From: an uncultured Candidatus Saccharibacteria bacterium
GTDB lineage: Bacteria; Patescibacteriota; Saccharimonadia; Saccharimonadales; Saccharimonadaceae
Direction: 5' to 3'
DNA length: 64,000 nt
Assembly (NCBI GenBank): GCA_947166895.1
Contig: CAMVFY010000001.1
Span: forward strand, 7,522 to 71,521
Positions 19,782 through 28,930 of this stretch are shown piece by piece (the first letter of the stretch is position 1; each line of letters begins with the position of its first letter). The position numbers were made by a program, and so were the translations under genes. The notes under the pieces were generated by a model. It had not been told where the DNA came from. It searched no databases and worked only from the letters and a program-made list of their open reading frames with translations.

Positions 19782-20558
19782 TTATAGCGTAGCTTGAATA
19801 ACGTGATCAAAAAGGCAGGAGACAGTGAGAGGCCCGACGCCGCCTTTGACGGGGGTAATGGCGGCGAGGTCGGTGCGAGAGCGAATTTCATCATCGATGT
19901 CGCCTTTTAACACGCCGTTTTCGGAAGCTGTGCCGGCGTCGATTACTACGGTGCCGGGTTTAATCATAGAACTAGAAATCAGACCGGGAACACCAGTCGC
20001 TGTGATGATTATATCATATTGGTTAAGCTTTGTCAAGTCAGAACCGCGGTGAAAGAGGTCGACGTGGTAGTTTGAGTTTGTAAAAATTTTATAAAGTGGT
20101 GCACCGACGAGCTTGCCACGGCCAACGATGGCGATTCTTTGGTTGTCCAATTTGATGTCGTAACCGGCAAGAAGCCAAAGAATGGCGGTGGCGGTGGCGG
20201 AGTCGAAGTTGGCATGGATACCTAGGCCGTCGACGTCTTTTTCGGGTGCGATGAGGTCGCAGAGAGTTTCGGTATGAGATTTATTGATGAGGGGGAGTTG
20301 GATGATAATGCCGTTGATAGATGGGTTTGAATTTGCACGAATGATTTCTTCTCGGAGCGCATCGGATACGAGGCGATCCTCAACGACGATACCGATATCG
20401 TTGCCGTAACGTTTTTTTAGTTCGACATATTTTGTGATGACGGGATTGTCGGAGTCACGAAGAATGAGAAGTTTGGGTTTTATCGTCATGGTGGCGACTT
20501 GGTGAGCTTGGCGCTCCTTAATAAAACCGGCAAGTTCACGGCCGTTTAATTCTTTCAT
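19782..20558 (-). CDS. folD: methylenetetrahydrofolate dehydrogenase/cyclohydrolase
   Basis: GIIIQLPL, PEKDVDG, IVGRGKLVG, ITPVKGGVGPLTV. Confidence 0.94.
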   Translation of the reverse strand: MKELNGRELAGFIKERQAHQVATMTIKPKLLILRDSDNPVITKYVELKKRYGNDIGIVVEDRLVSDALREEIIRANSNPSINGIIIQLPLINKSHTETLCDLIAPEKDVDGLGIHANFDSATATAILWLLAGYDIKLDNQRIAIVGRGKLVGAPLYKIFTNSNYHVDLFHRGSDLTKLNQYDIIITATGVPGLISSSMIKPGTVVIDAGTASENGVLKGDIDDEIRSRTDLAAITPVKGGVGPLTVSCLFDHVIQATL

Positions 20559-21646
20559 TTGATTTCCTCGGGCTCTTGTTGGAGCCAGTAGCCGAATTTA
20601 TCGTAAACTTTGCCTACGATTTCGGTACGGGCGGCGACGAGGTCTTGATAGGACTTGGCAGATTCGTTAATGAGGATGAGAGAGGCTTTGTCGCTGACGC
20701 GGAAACCATGAAGTAGTTTGCCTTTGAGGCCGGCTTTTTCGATTAGCCAGCCGGAGTTGATTTTGTTGCCATCATGACCACGGTGGACTGGGTAGCCTTT
20801 GGCCTCAGCGGCGTCGGCTTCTTCGTTGGTGAGGTAGATGTTTTTGAAGAAAGAACCAGCGCTGGGGGTGGTTGATGGATCCGGTAGCTTGTCGGTGCGG
20901 ATGCGACTTACGATGTCACGGATGCCTTGGGGTGAGAAGTCGGTGCAGTTGTTTTCGGCGATGTAGCGTTCGACAGAATTGTAAAAAGGACGAGACATTT
21001 GGCCTTTTTTTAAGGCAAGTGTAACGGAGACGACGAAGTAGCGACCTTTTTCAGTGGTGTTGAGTAGGCTTTTACGGTATGAAAATTGAAGGTCGGACTT
21101 TGCTAAAGTTTTGAAAGTGTTAGTGACGGAATCGAAAACTTCGATTTCGACTAACGTGTCGGCAATTTCTTGACCGTAGGCACCGATGTTTTGGACAGGG
21201 GCAGCGCCGGCGAGACCAGGGATTTTGCTTAAGGCTTCGATGCCAGTAAGACCACGTTTACAAGCGAAGGCGACAACATCATCCCAGTATTCGCCACCCA
21301 TAACTTTCAAGCACGTTCCGCTCGGCGGGTCCTGCCGCGCCTTTTCCTCCCCCATTTCGCTGACGCTCAATGGGGGGCCCCCTCCAGGCGCGTCACCCGC
21401 TGATGTAATGTCTTGCTCGGATATGCCACGGATGCGGTTGGTGAGGATGACGCCGGGATAGCCTTCGTCGTGGCCGATGGTGTTGGCGCCATAGCCGAGG
21501 ATGAAAATCGGGAGATTGTTGGTACGAGCAAAATTATAAGCTTCGGGAATATCTTCGGGCTTTTCGATTTCGATAACATATCTTGCTGGGCCACCAAGAC
21601 GCATGGTGGTAAGGCTAGAAATCAAAACGTTTTCACTGATTCGCAT
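20555..21646 (-). CDS. murB: UDP-N-acetylmuramate dehydrogenase with in-frame insertion
   Basis: TTMRLGGPA, IPGLAGAAPVQNIGAYGQE, FSYRKS, PSAGSFFKN, SGWLIEKAGLKG, EPE. Confidence 0.94.
   Translation of the reverse strand: MRISENVLISSLTTMRLGGPARYVIEIEKPEDIPEAYNFARTNNLPIFILGYGANTIGHDEGYPGVILTNRIRGISEQDITSAGDAPGGGPPLSVSEMGEEKARQDPPSGTCLKVMGGEYWDDVVAFACKRGLTGIEALSKIPGLAGAAPVQNIGAYGQEIADTLVEIEVFDSVTNTFKTLAKSDLQFSYRKSLLNTTEKGRYFVVSVTLALKKGQMSRPFYNSVERYIAENNCTDFSPQGIRDIVSRIRTDKLPDPSTTPSAGSFFKNIYLTNEEADAAEAKGYPVHRGHDGNKINSGWLIEKAGLKGKLLHGFRVSDKASLILINESAKSYQDLVAARTEIVGKVYDKFGYWLQQEPEEIK
21308..21415 (+). repeat. GC-rich palindromic element inside murB
   Basis: Nested stems tcggcgggt/acccgctga and tgacgc/gcgtca; contains ACGCTCAA, shared with the pnp and ruvA copies. 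Confidence 0.6.
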
Positions 21647-21779
21647 ACTGTTATTATACTATATTTATAAGCCTAGGCGGGATAAAAGTGTTGATTATAG
21701 TTTTGGGGTGTGATACAAGGGGGCGCAGAGGGTAGGGTTGGTGTAGTTTAATAGAATGTGGTCAGAAGAAAGGAGGTTT

Positions 21780-21854
21780 ATGGAAGTTGAAGTTGAAAAC
21801 ATAAAGTTGATAATCAGACTAAAAATTTCTCCTCGCAAAGCGAAGAGAAATTAA
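21780..21854 (+). CDS. candidate small protein (24 aa)
   Basis: AAAGGAGGT SD then MEVEVENIKLIIRLKISPRKAKRN*; TTGATT-17-TACAAG-like promoter upstream. Confidence 0.4.
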   Translation: MEVEVENIKLIIRLKISPRKAKRN

Positions 21855-21953
21855 CCAAAACTTAATTGATTCTACCATACAAAGTTGCTAAAATCAACCC
21901 TATCTTCATTTTACTAAATAATATATAATAATCAACAGAAAGGTAATACTATT

Positions 21954-22979
21954 ATGGCAAAAAAGGATGCGGTGGCGGAAAAGAAAAACGACAATGACGG
22001 AAAAAGTGAGGCTTTGAAACTCGCGATTTCGCAGATTACAAAACAATTTGGTGACGGTTCTATCATGAAACTAGGTGAGACTCCAAAAATGGACGTGGAG
22101 CTACTCCCGTCGGGTTCTTTGTCTTTGGATTTAGCATTAGGTGGTGGATATCCAAAGGGGCGAATTATTGAAATATACGGACCGGAATCTTCAGGCAAAA
22201 CGACTTTGGCTTTGCATGCGATTGCGGAGATTCAGAAACAGGGTGGACAGGCGGCGTTTATTGACGCGGAGCATGCACTTGATCCGGCTTACGCAAAAAG
22301 GATTGGTGTGGATACGGCGAATTTACTAATTTCGCAGCCGGACAATGGTGAGCAAGCACTCGAAATTACCGAGACTTTGGTGCGTTCTAACGCGGTGGAT
22401 TTGATCGTGGTTGATTCAGTGGCGGCACTAGTGCCACAGGCCGAGATTGATGGCGACATGGGTGAGGCTCAAATGGGACTTCAGGCAAGGCTAATGTCGC
22501 AGGCGATGCGAAAACTTACGGGTATTATTTCGAAGTCGCGTGCGACGGTGATATTTATCAACCAAATCCGGATGAAGATTGGCGTGATGTTTGGCAACCC
22601 AGAAACTACGACGGGTGGTAATGCACTGAAATTTTATGCGTCGGTGCGGATTGATATTCGGCGAATTGGGCAGATTAAGGAAGGCGATAACATTTCGGGT
22701 AACCGTACTAAAATTAAGGTCGTGAAGAATAAGATAGCGGCGCCTTTTCGCACGGCGGAATTTGACATTATGTATAATGAGGGGATTTCAAAAGCTGGTG
22801 ATGTATTGGACCTTGGTGTGCAATATAATGTGCTGGAGAAGTCTGGTGCGTTTATTAAGTATAACGGTGAAACATTGGGGCAAGGTCGCGAAGCGGTGAA
22901 AAAGTTATTCAAGGAAAAACCGGAATTGATGGCGGAAATTGAAGCCAAGGTACGCGAGAAAGCTTCTGCGGAAGAATAA
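21954..22979 (+). CDS. recA: recombinase RecA
   Basis: [53 protein letters not shown]. Confidence 0.99.
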   Translation: MAKKDAVAEKKNDNDGKSEALKLAISQITKQFGDGSIMKLGETPKMDVELLPSGSLSLDLALGGGYPKGRIIEIYGPESSGKTTLALHAIAEIQKQGGQAAFIDAEHALDPAYAKRIGVDTANLLISQPDNGEQALEITETLVRSNAVDLIVVDSVAALVPQAEIDGDMGEAQMGLQARLMSQAMRKLTGIISKSRATVIFINQIRMKIGVMFGNPETTTGGNALKFYASVRIDIRRIGQIKEGDNISGNRTKIKVVKNKIAAPFRTAEFDIMYNEGISKAGDVLDLGVQYNVLEKSGAFIKYNGETLGQGREAVKKLFKEKPELMAEIEAKVREKASAEE

Positions 22980-23659
22980 TGATAATCACTAACTTAAAGC
23001 AGGGGGTGAAGAATCCGAATCGGGTGAATGTGTTTGTTGACGGAAAGTTTGAGTTTTCGTTAGATATCACGCAGGTAGTGGATTATAAATTGAAGGTCGG
23101 AAAGGAATTAACGGTTAAGGAGTTTGACGAGTTAAAAAAGGCGAGTGAATTTGGAAAGTTATATCAAAGGACTTTGGAATGGGTGCTAACGCGACCGAGG
23201 AGTGAGAAAGAGGTCCGAGATTACTTGGTGAGAAAACTGAAAACATCTTCTTCGGGACGCTCCTCGCTCCCGTCTTCACGGGGCTCGTCGCTGCGTCCTC
23301 GTAGCAACTGCGGATGCCCCTCAGAAGATATTTTCCAGTTTTCTCAGGCAATCATCGACCGTCTAATCACCAAGGGGTATCTGGATGATAGAAAGTTTGC
23401 AGAGTGGTACGTTCAGAATCGGTTTGTGAAGAAGGGGGTGTCGAGGAAACGTCTTCAGATGGAACTGATGAAAAAAGGGATTTCTCGCGAGATTATTGAT
23501 GAAGTATTAAATGCACGAAATGATGAGGAAGAAATTTTAAAGATAATCGCCAAAAAGCGGACAAAATATACGGACGAAAAGCTTATTCAGTATCTTTGTC
23601 GGCAGGGGTTTTCGTACGAGCTGGTGCGTAATCTTGTTCAGACTTACGAAAAGGATTGA
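22979..23659 (+). CDS. recX: regulatory protein RecX with in-frame insertion
   Basis: Follows recA; NRVNVFVDG, RPRSEKEVR, YLDDRKFA, YLCRQGF. Confidence 0.88.
   Translation: MIITNLKQGVKNPNRVNVFVDGKFEFSLDITQVVDYKLKVGKELTVKEFDELKKASEFGKLYQRTLEWVLTRPRSEKEVRDYLVRKLKTSSSGRSSLPSSRGSSLRPRSNCGCPSEDIFQFSQAIIDRLITKGYLDDRKFAEWYVQNRFVKKGVSRKRLQMELMKKGISREIIDEVLNARNDEEEILKIIAKKRTKYTDEKLIQYLCRQGFSYELVRNLVQTYEKD
23237..23338 (+). repeat. GC-rich palindromic element inside recX
   Basis: Arms ctgaaaacatcttct / agaagatattttccag; inner ends TTCGG...CCTCAGAAG match the pnp-leader copy; 102 bp. Confidence 0.75.
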
Positions 23660-24191
23660 CGAAATTGGGGACAAAATCTTCTTTTTCGGCGCGGGATTTT
23701 AGGACTTTTTCTTCGTCTTTTACGATGACTTTGTAATCGGTGATTTCGACAATTTCCTTTCTTGAAATGGTGAGTTCGGGATCGATAAAACTTTTAACAA
23801 GTGGGCGTTTTACAATAATCTGTTGGACAACAAAGTCATTGTCAGTGACGGTGTAGTCAGCAATACGGCCGAGTTTGTTACCTTTTTTGGTTTCGACTTT
23901 GAGGCCAGGGAGTTTGAAATTAAGGGTGAGGATTTTCTGAATTTTAATGACGTCATCGGCGGAGACTAACTCGTCGATATTATCAATGACGGCGCCGAGG
24001 CTGGAATATTCACGGATACTGGTAACGTCGAGAATGTTGGCGGATTTGGAGACGAGGGGACCGTCGGCGACAAAAGCGATGATTTTAAGATTGTCGGGAT
24101 CGATGATGGGTTCGGCGAGATAGCCAATGGGGCCGCCGGCTTGGATGCTAAGAATAGGGGTACCAATGAGGCGTGAACTTGTGACTAACAT
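23583..24191 (-). CDS. PRC-barrel domain protein
   Basis: LIGTPILSI...GYL.EPIIDPDNLKIIAF; second barrel KVETKKGNKLGRIADY. Confidence 0.75.
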   Translation of the reverse strand: MLVTSSRLIGTPILSIQAGGPIGYLAEPIIDPDNLKIIAFVADGPLVSKSANILDVTSIREYSSLGAVIDNIDELVSADDVIKIQKILTLNFKLPGLKVETKKGNKLGRIADYTVTDNDFVVQQIIVKRPLVKSFIDPELTISRKEIVEITDYKVIVKDEEKVLKSRAEKEDFVPNFVNPFRKSEQDYAPARTKTPADKDTE

Positions 24192-24198
24192 AAGTTTA

Positions 24199-24954
24199 TT
24201 ATATCATATCGGTAAAATTTGAAAGTGGCGTAGAATCTTTGATGTCATAGGTTCCAACCTTGGTGCGGCGCAGGGCGGTGAGATAGGCGCCAGTTTGAAG
24301 CTTGGCGCCGATATCTTCGGCTAACGTGCGGATGTAAGTGCCGGAGCTGCAGTGGATGCGGAGTTTGAGTTCGGGGTAGTTATAGCTTAAAATGTCGATG
24401 GAATAGATTTCAACTTCGCGAGAGGGGATTTTGAAATCTTGGCCTTTGCGAGCGAGCTTGTAGGCACGTTCACCGCCTATTTTGATGGCGGAGAATTTGG
24501 GTGGGGTTTGCACAATTTTACCAACGAATGTTCTGGTAATTGTCTCAACAGCATCCAACTCGGGGCGCGTCGCTCGCGCTCGTCGGCACGGGGCGAGCGC
24601 GCTACTCCTCGCCTTGCCAGGCTCCGGACCCCCTTCGTTTGGATACTGTTGAGACTTTGAAAATGGTTGAATCATTCCCTCCGGGTCGCCGGTGGTGGAG
24701 GTGTAGCCGAGTTTCAGGGTGGCTTCATAGATTTTGTCGAGTTTTAGAAAATCGGTGGATTTTTTGGTCATTTGGCCGGTTAAGAGGATTAAGAGGCCGG
24801 TGGCGAAAGGGTCTAATGTCCCAGTGTGGCCGACTTTGACTTTGTGGCCGAGTTTGGCTTTTAGATACCCACGGACTTTGGCGACGACGCCGAAGCTAGA
24901 AATCCCCGCGGGTTTGTCGATTAGGATAACTTGATTATCGGGAGTATTTTCCAT
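24199..24954 (-). CDS. truB: tRNA pseudouridine(55) synthase with in-frame insertion
   Basis: IDKPAGISSFGVV, KVGHTGTLDPFATGLL, PPKFSAIKIGG, CSSGTYIRTLAEDIG. Confidence 0.96.
   Translation of the reverse strand: MENTPDNQVILIDKPAGISSFGVVAKVRGYLKAKLGHKVKVGHTGTLDPFATGLLILLTGQMTKKSTDFLKLDKIYEATLKLGYTSTTGDPEGMIQPFSKSQQYPNEGGPEPGKARSSALAPCRRARATRPELDAVETITRTFVGKIVQTPPKFSAIKIGGERAYKLARKGQDFKIPSREVEIYSIDILSYNYPELKLRIHCSSGTYIRTLAEDIGAKLQTGAYLTALRRTKVGTYDIKDSTPLSNFTDMI
24542..24655 (+). repeat. GC-rich palindromic element inside truB
   Basis: 17-bp arms gtctcaacagcatccaa / ttggatactgttgagac (16/17); core starts CTCGG; 114 bp. Confidence 0.8.
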
Positions 24955-25049
24955 AAGATTATTTTATAAAAAAGTGTTGACATTGTTAAGCATAATCGAT
25001 ATACTTAGAAGTAGCTGGGGGCGGTCATACATTAATTAAATAAAAAAAG

Positions 25050-27926
25050 ATGAAAAACAAAAATTATTTTTGGAACTTGTTGGACTATTGTGGCGGTAAA
25101 GTATTGTTGTTGGTGGGCTGTGCATTTATCGGGTTGAATTGTGGTTTTGCAGGTGAAGCATTTGCTTATACGGCTTCGATTGCTACTTCGGGTACCGTAT
25201 CGATGGAGGTTTCGGCTTCGGGAAACCAGGCTAATATCGGTGTAGATAATGTGGTGGTAAACTCAACTTGCCCGCTAGGTTATGTTGTTTCTATTGTTGG
25301 GCCTTCAGATAGTGCTTTGTATAAAAACGGCAACAATGCTGACGGTAATAAGATAGATCCGTCTGCTGGAACTAGCGATGCCCCACGCCCTATTTTGGGT
25401 AGCGACGGCGGTAATAGTTATTTAGGTACTTGGGGTTATACCACTCAAGAAAATGCAACGGTTAGCTCTAATTTTATCGGCCTCACTGGAACTCCTGCGG
25501 TATTAGTCACCAAAAACTCTGCTTCTACTAGTGGGGGTGATACTATTTCGGTCCATTATGGCGTGTCGGTGACAAGTACGACTGAGCCAGGTATTTATAC
25601 GCTGGCAGAATCTTCTCCTGGCGCTAACGATAATGTTATTACCTACTACTTGACTACTAGTCCGAATTGTAACAGTTTTATTATTAAGTATAATGATAAC
25701 GGCGCTAATTCGCCTACTACCATGGCGGGAGTAAGTCATGTTGTGGCGGAGAATGATGAGGTGACTTTGATGCCGTCGAATTATCAGCGTTCTAATTATG
25801 GTTTTGCGGGTTGGTCTACTGAGCAACTCAACCCGGATGCTACGGATTTTGATACGAAGCTTGCAACGGCAAGGGCCAATGGTCATGTTTTTGGGCCAAT
25901 GGAGACGATTACAGTAGATCAATCCTTGATAAGCCAGTCTGTAGTTGACAATAATACACAGGTTATTACCTTGTATGCAATTTGGGTTAAGCCAAAAACT
26001 AATCCTACCACTTCTCAACCGGAAACTCTCCAAGATTGGACTGGTTGTAGTACTTTGTCGCAAGGACAGGTGACTGCCCTGAAAGATATTAGAGACAATA
26101 ATACTTATGCGATTGCTAAGTTGCCTGATGGCGATTGTTGGATGATTGAAAATTTGAGGCTTGACAATACTGCTACGATAAACAGTACCAATACGGATAA
26201 TCCTGCCAGTGAATTTGCTTTTGTGGCACCACAGAATCCTACCGCGACGAATCCCTGGTGCAATGAATCGACAGAAGCGTGTGTGAACCAACCATTATTA
26301 GCGACATTCAACACGGCCGATACGGTGGCTGAAATGACTTCGATTAATCAAAATATCTATAGTTATGGAAATTTGTATAACTGGTATTCGGCTACTGCGG
26401 GTAGAGGGACGCTCTCTACTGATGGTGGACAGAATGTTTCGGGTAGTATTTGTCCGGCGGGGTGGAGATTGCCTACCGGTGGAGGCTCCGGTGATACTAA
26501 TAGTGATTTTTGGAGATTATCTGTGGCTACAGTAGGTTTTGAGCCACAGGATAACACTTGGGCAGAAGCTTCGAGATACCGCTATGGTAACCTGGACAAC
26601 AATAATCATGGTGTGCAAGCCTCTTTGGCGATGAGATCTTATCCGGCGAATTTTATTTATTCTCATGCGTTGCATTGGTCTCCGGGGGTAGTTAATACTG
26701 GATATTTGTGGACGTCGACAGCCTATAACACCAATAATGGTTTCCTGTTTGTGGTTAATAATAGCTATGAATATCCTGGTTCTGGTAGCAATACGAAAAA
26801 CAGTGGCTTTGGCGTGCGATGCGTGGTGGATGACTTTGTTCAATATGACGAAAATGGCGCTAATAGTCCTACTACGATGGGTAACCAAGTGATTGAGCCT
26901 TCTGACAGCGAGATAGTTCTTTGGGCTTCGAACTTTAAGAGGCCGGGATATGGGTTTGCTGGCTGGAACACCAAGGCGGATGGGACCGGAACTTCTTACG
27001 GCCCTAACGAGACTATTACGGATACAACTACTGTTAATAATATCAAAGACGATGGGCTTAAGCTTTATGCTATGTGGGTGCCTAGTGCGGGAAATTTGCA
27101 GGCCTGGGATGGATGCTCTGCGCTTTCGATTGGTGCTGTTACTGCTTTGACCGACACCCGCGACAACAACACTTATGCGATTGCGAAACTTGCTGATGGT
27201 CAGTGCTGGATGATAGAAAATCTAAGGCTGGATAGTACGGCCACTATCAATAGTACTAACACGAATAATCCTGTTAGCGGGTTCACTTTGGCGACAGCAC
27301 ATAACCCTACTGAGGCTAATCCTTGGTGTACTGATCTTACTGAGGCTTGCGTTAATCAGTCGCAGCTGGTAAACGCTAATACTGTTGATACTGTCGAGAA
27401 AATGACAGATAGAAGTCAAAATGTTTATGGATATGGTAATTATTATAATTGGTATGCAGCTACGGCGGGTAATGGTACGTATGGGACGATTGATGTTTCT
27501 TCTAATGTTGCTGGCAGTATTTGTCCGGCGGGGTGGCGTTTGCCGACTGGTGGAAGTGATGTTTCAAACACCGACTTTGGAAGATTAGCGATTCAGAGTA
27601 TAGGGAGTGCACCGAACGAACTGTATGGTGCTGATGCTCAGAGCAATAGGCTCAGCCGATATGGAAACTTGGATGGTGGGACTCTTGGTACTGAAGCATC
27701 AAATAAGCTGAGAACTTACCCGTATAACTATGTGTATTCTGGGCTTGTCGATAGTAGCGCAATTAGTTATCATGGCATTTCTTATGTTTCGTATTGGTCT
27801 TCTACACCCAATGGGCGAAACGGCGTGCTTAGTACGGTTATGGTTAGTAGTAGACTTTATCCTGGAACCGCTAACACGACGTATATACTGAAACGATATG
27901 GGCTTTCGGTACGGTGCGTCAAATAG
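25050..27926 (+). CDS. surface protein with two InlB-B/Flg_new-like repeat plus FISUMP (Fib_succ_major)-like modules
   Basis: Twice: RD...Y.IAKL.DG.CWMIENLRL, GN.YNWY.ATAG, SICPAGWRLPTGG, terminal VRCV; FAGWNTKADG repeat. Confidence 0.8.
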   Translation: MKNKNYFWNLLDYCGGKVLLLVGCAFIGLNCGFAGEAFAYTASIATSGTVSMEVSASGNQANIGVDNVVVNSTCPLGYVVSIVGPSDSALYKNGNNADGNKIDPSAGTSDAPRPILGSDGGNSYLGTWGYTTQENATVSSNFIGLTGTPAVLVTKNSASTSGGDTISVHYGVSVTSTTEPGIYTLAESSPGANDNVITYYLTTSPNCNSFIIKYNDNGANSPTTMAGVSHVVAENDEVTLMPSNYQRSNYGFAGWSTEQLNPDATDFDTKLATARANGHVFGPMETITVDQSLISQSVVDNNTQVITLYAIWVKPKTNPTTSQPETLQDWTGCSTLSQGQVTALKDIRDNNTYAIAKLPDGDCWMIENLRLDNTATINSTNTDNPASEFAFVAPQNPTATNPWCNESTEACVNQPLLATFNTADTVAEMTSINQNIYSYGNLYNWYSATAGRGTLSTDGGQNVSGSICPAGWRLPTGGGSGDTNSDFWRLSVATVGFEPQDNTWAEASRYRYGNLDNNNHGVQASLAMRSYPANFIYSHALHWSPGVVNTGYLWTSTAYNTNNGFLFVVNNSYEYPGSGSNTKNSGFGVRCVVDDFVQYDENGANSPTTMGNQVIEPSDSEIVLWASNFKRPGYGFAGWNTKADGTGTSYGPNETITDTTTVNNIKDDGLKLYAMWVPSAGNLQAWDGCSALSIGAVTALTDTRDNNTYAIAKLADGQCWMIENLRLDSTATINSTNTNNPVSGFTLATAHNPTEANPWCTDLTEACVNQSQLVNANTVDTVEKMTDRSQNVYGYGNYYNWYAATAGNGTYGTIDVSSNVAGSICPAGWRLPTGGSDVSNTDFGRLAIQSIGSAPNELYGADAQSNRLSRYGNLDGGTLGTEASNKLRTYPYNYVYSGLVDSSAISYHGISYVSYWSSTPNGRNGVLSTVMVSSRLYPGTANTTYILKRYGLSVRCVK

Positions 27927-27984
27927 TGCGCTAGGTTGCTTTAGATAGTAGACAATTTGGGCAAGAGGTGATATAATAGAGCGC

Positions 27985-28251
27985 ATGATAACAAAAGAGA
28001 ATAAAGACAAGGCTATTGCCAAGGTTGCTCGTAATAAGAACGACGTTGGTTCTCCTGAAGTTCAAGTTTCGATTTTGACTGAGCGCATCAAAGAGGTGAC
28101 GGAACATGTCAAAAACAATAAACATGACTTTATGGCCAAAAGAGGTTTAATGCAGATGGTAGGCAAGCGCAAGAAGCTCTTACGCTATCTAGAAGAGACC
28201 GATTTTGAGCTGTATAAGAAAACTGTGAAGAAACTTGGGCTTAGGAAATAG
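27985..28251 (+). CDS. rpsO: 30S ribosomal protein S15
   Basis: DVGSPEVQVSILTERI, HDFMAKRGL..MVGKRKKLL.YL. Confidence 0.97.
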   Translation: MITKENKDKAIAKVARNKNDVGSPEVQVSILTERIKEVTEHVKNNKHDFMAKRGLMQMVGKRKKLLRYLEETDFELYKKTVKKLGLRK

Positions 28252-28264
28252 CTTAGACGTTAGG

Positions 28265-28295
28265 AAAATCCCGCCTGAAATTCAGGCGGGGTTTT
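28265..28295. terminator. bidirectional intrinsic terminator
   Basis: aaaatcccgcctgaa-a-ttcaggcggggtttt. Confidence 0.8.
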
Positions 28296-28305
28296 GGAGT
28301 TGGAG

Positions 28306-28677
28306 TTAATTGGGGAGATGGGGGATTTCTTTGGTGATTTCGTCGGCGACGTTTTGAATATACATCGAGGCGAAATAATTGATTTCGTCATCAGTGTATC
28401 GTTTTTTCAGTGACACCAGGTCGCTGACGAGTACGCGAATGATTAAACCATCGCCCAATGGCGTCACCAGGTAGACGAAGCAGATTTCAGGGCATTTTGC
28501 CCATTTTTTGAGCTTGAGGTTGTTTTTCTTGCGGGTTTTGCGCCCGCAAGGGTATCCATCCAGGTAAAGGTGTTTAATTTTGTGGCAGGCTTTCAGAATT
28601 TGCTCTATTTCGGCTTTCGAATTGATATCCACCCCGGATAGTTCGATGGTGGAAGTGGTGATTTTTCTGATCTCCAT
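28306..28677 (-). CDS. hypothetical protein
   Basis: AGGAGG SD fixes the start at 28677. Confidence 0.7.
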   Translation of the reverse strand: MEIRKITTSTIELSGVDINSKAEIEQILKACHKIKHLYLDGYPCGRKTRKKNNLKLKKWAKCPEICFVYLVTPLGDGLIIRVLVSDLVSLKKRYTDDEINYFASMYIQNVADEITKEIPHLPN

Positions 28678-28803
28678 TTTTATCCTCCTAAGGTACAAGA
28701 TTTGAGCATCCTCTGCCTATATTATAGCACAGATTGCGAATTTTGTCAATAACTGATATAATAAAAATAACATTAACAATAGGGAAGACGGCAGATATGG
28801 GTT

Positions 28804-28890
28804 TAGGAGCCATCATAATCTCCTCTTCGGACACGCTCAAGGGCGCTCGCCCAAGCTTACGGTCCTCAGAAGAGATTATGATGGCTTCTA
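28804..28890 (+). repeat. palindromic element in the pnp leader
   Basis: About 22-bp imperfect arms around a 41-bp core (28827-28867). Confidence 0.85.
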
Positions 28891-28930
28891 GGTCAATACC
28901 TGAAGTTTTCCCCAAGAAAGGATTATTTTT

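Noticed and set aside
21856-21953. LexA/SOS box upstream of recA
   Set aside because: No match to the CTGT-N8-ACAG or GAAC-N4-GTTC type boxes was seen
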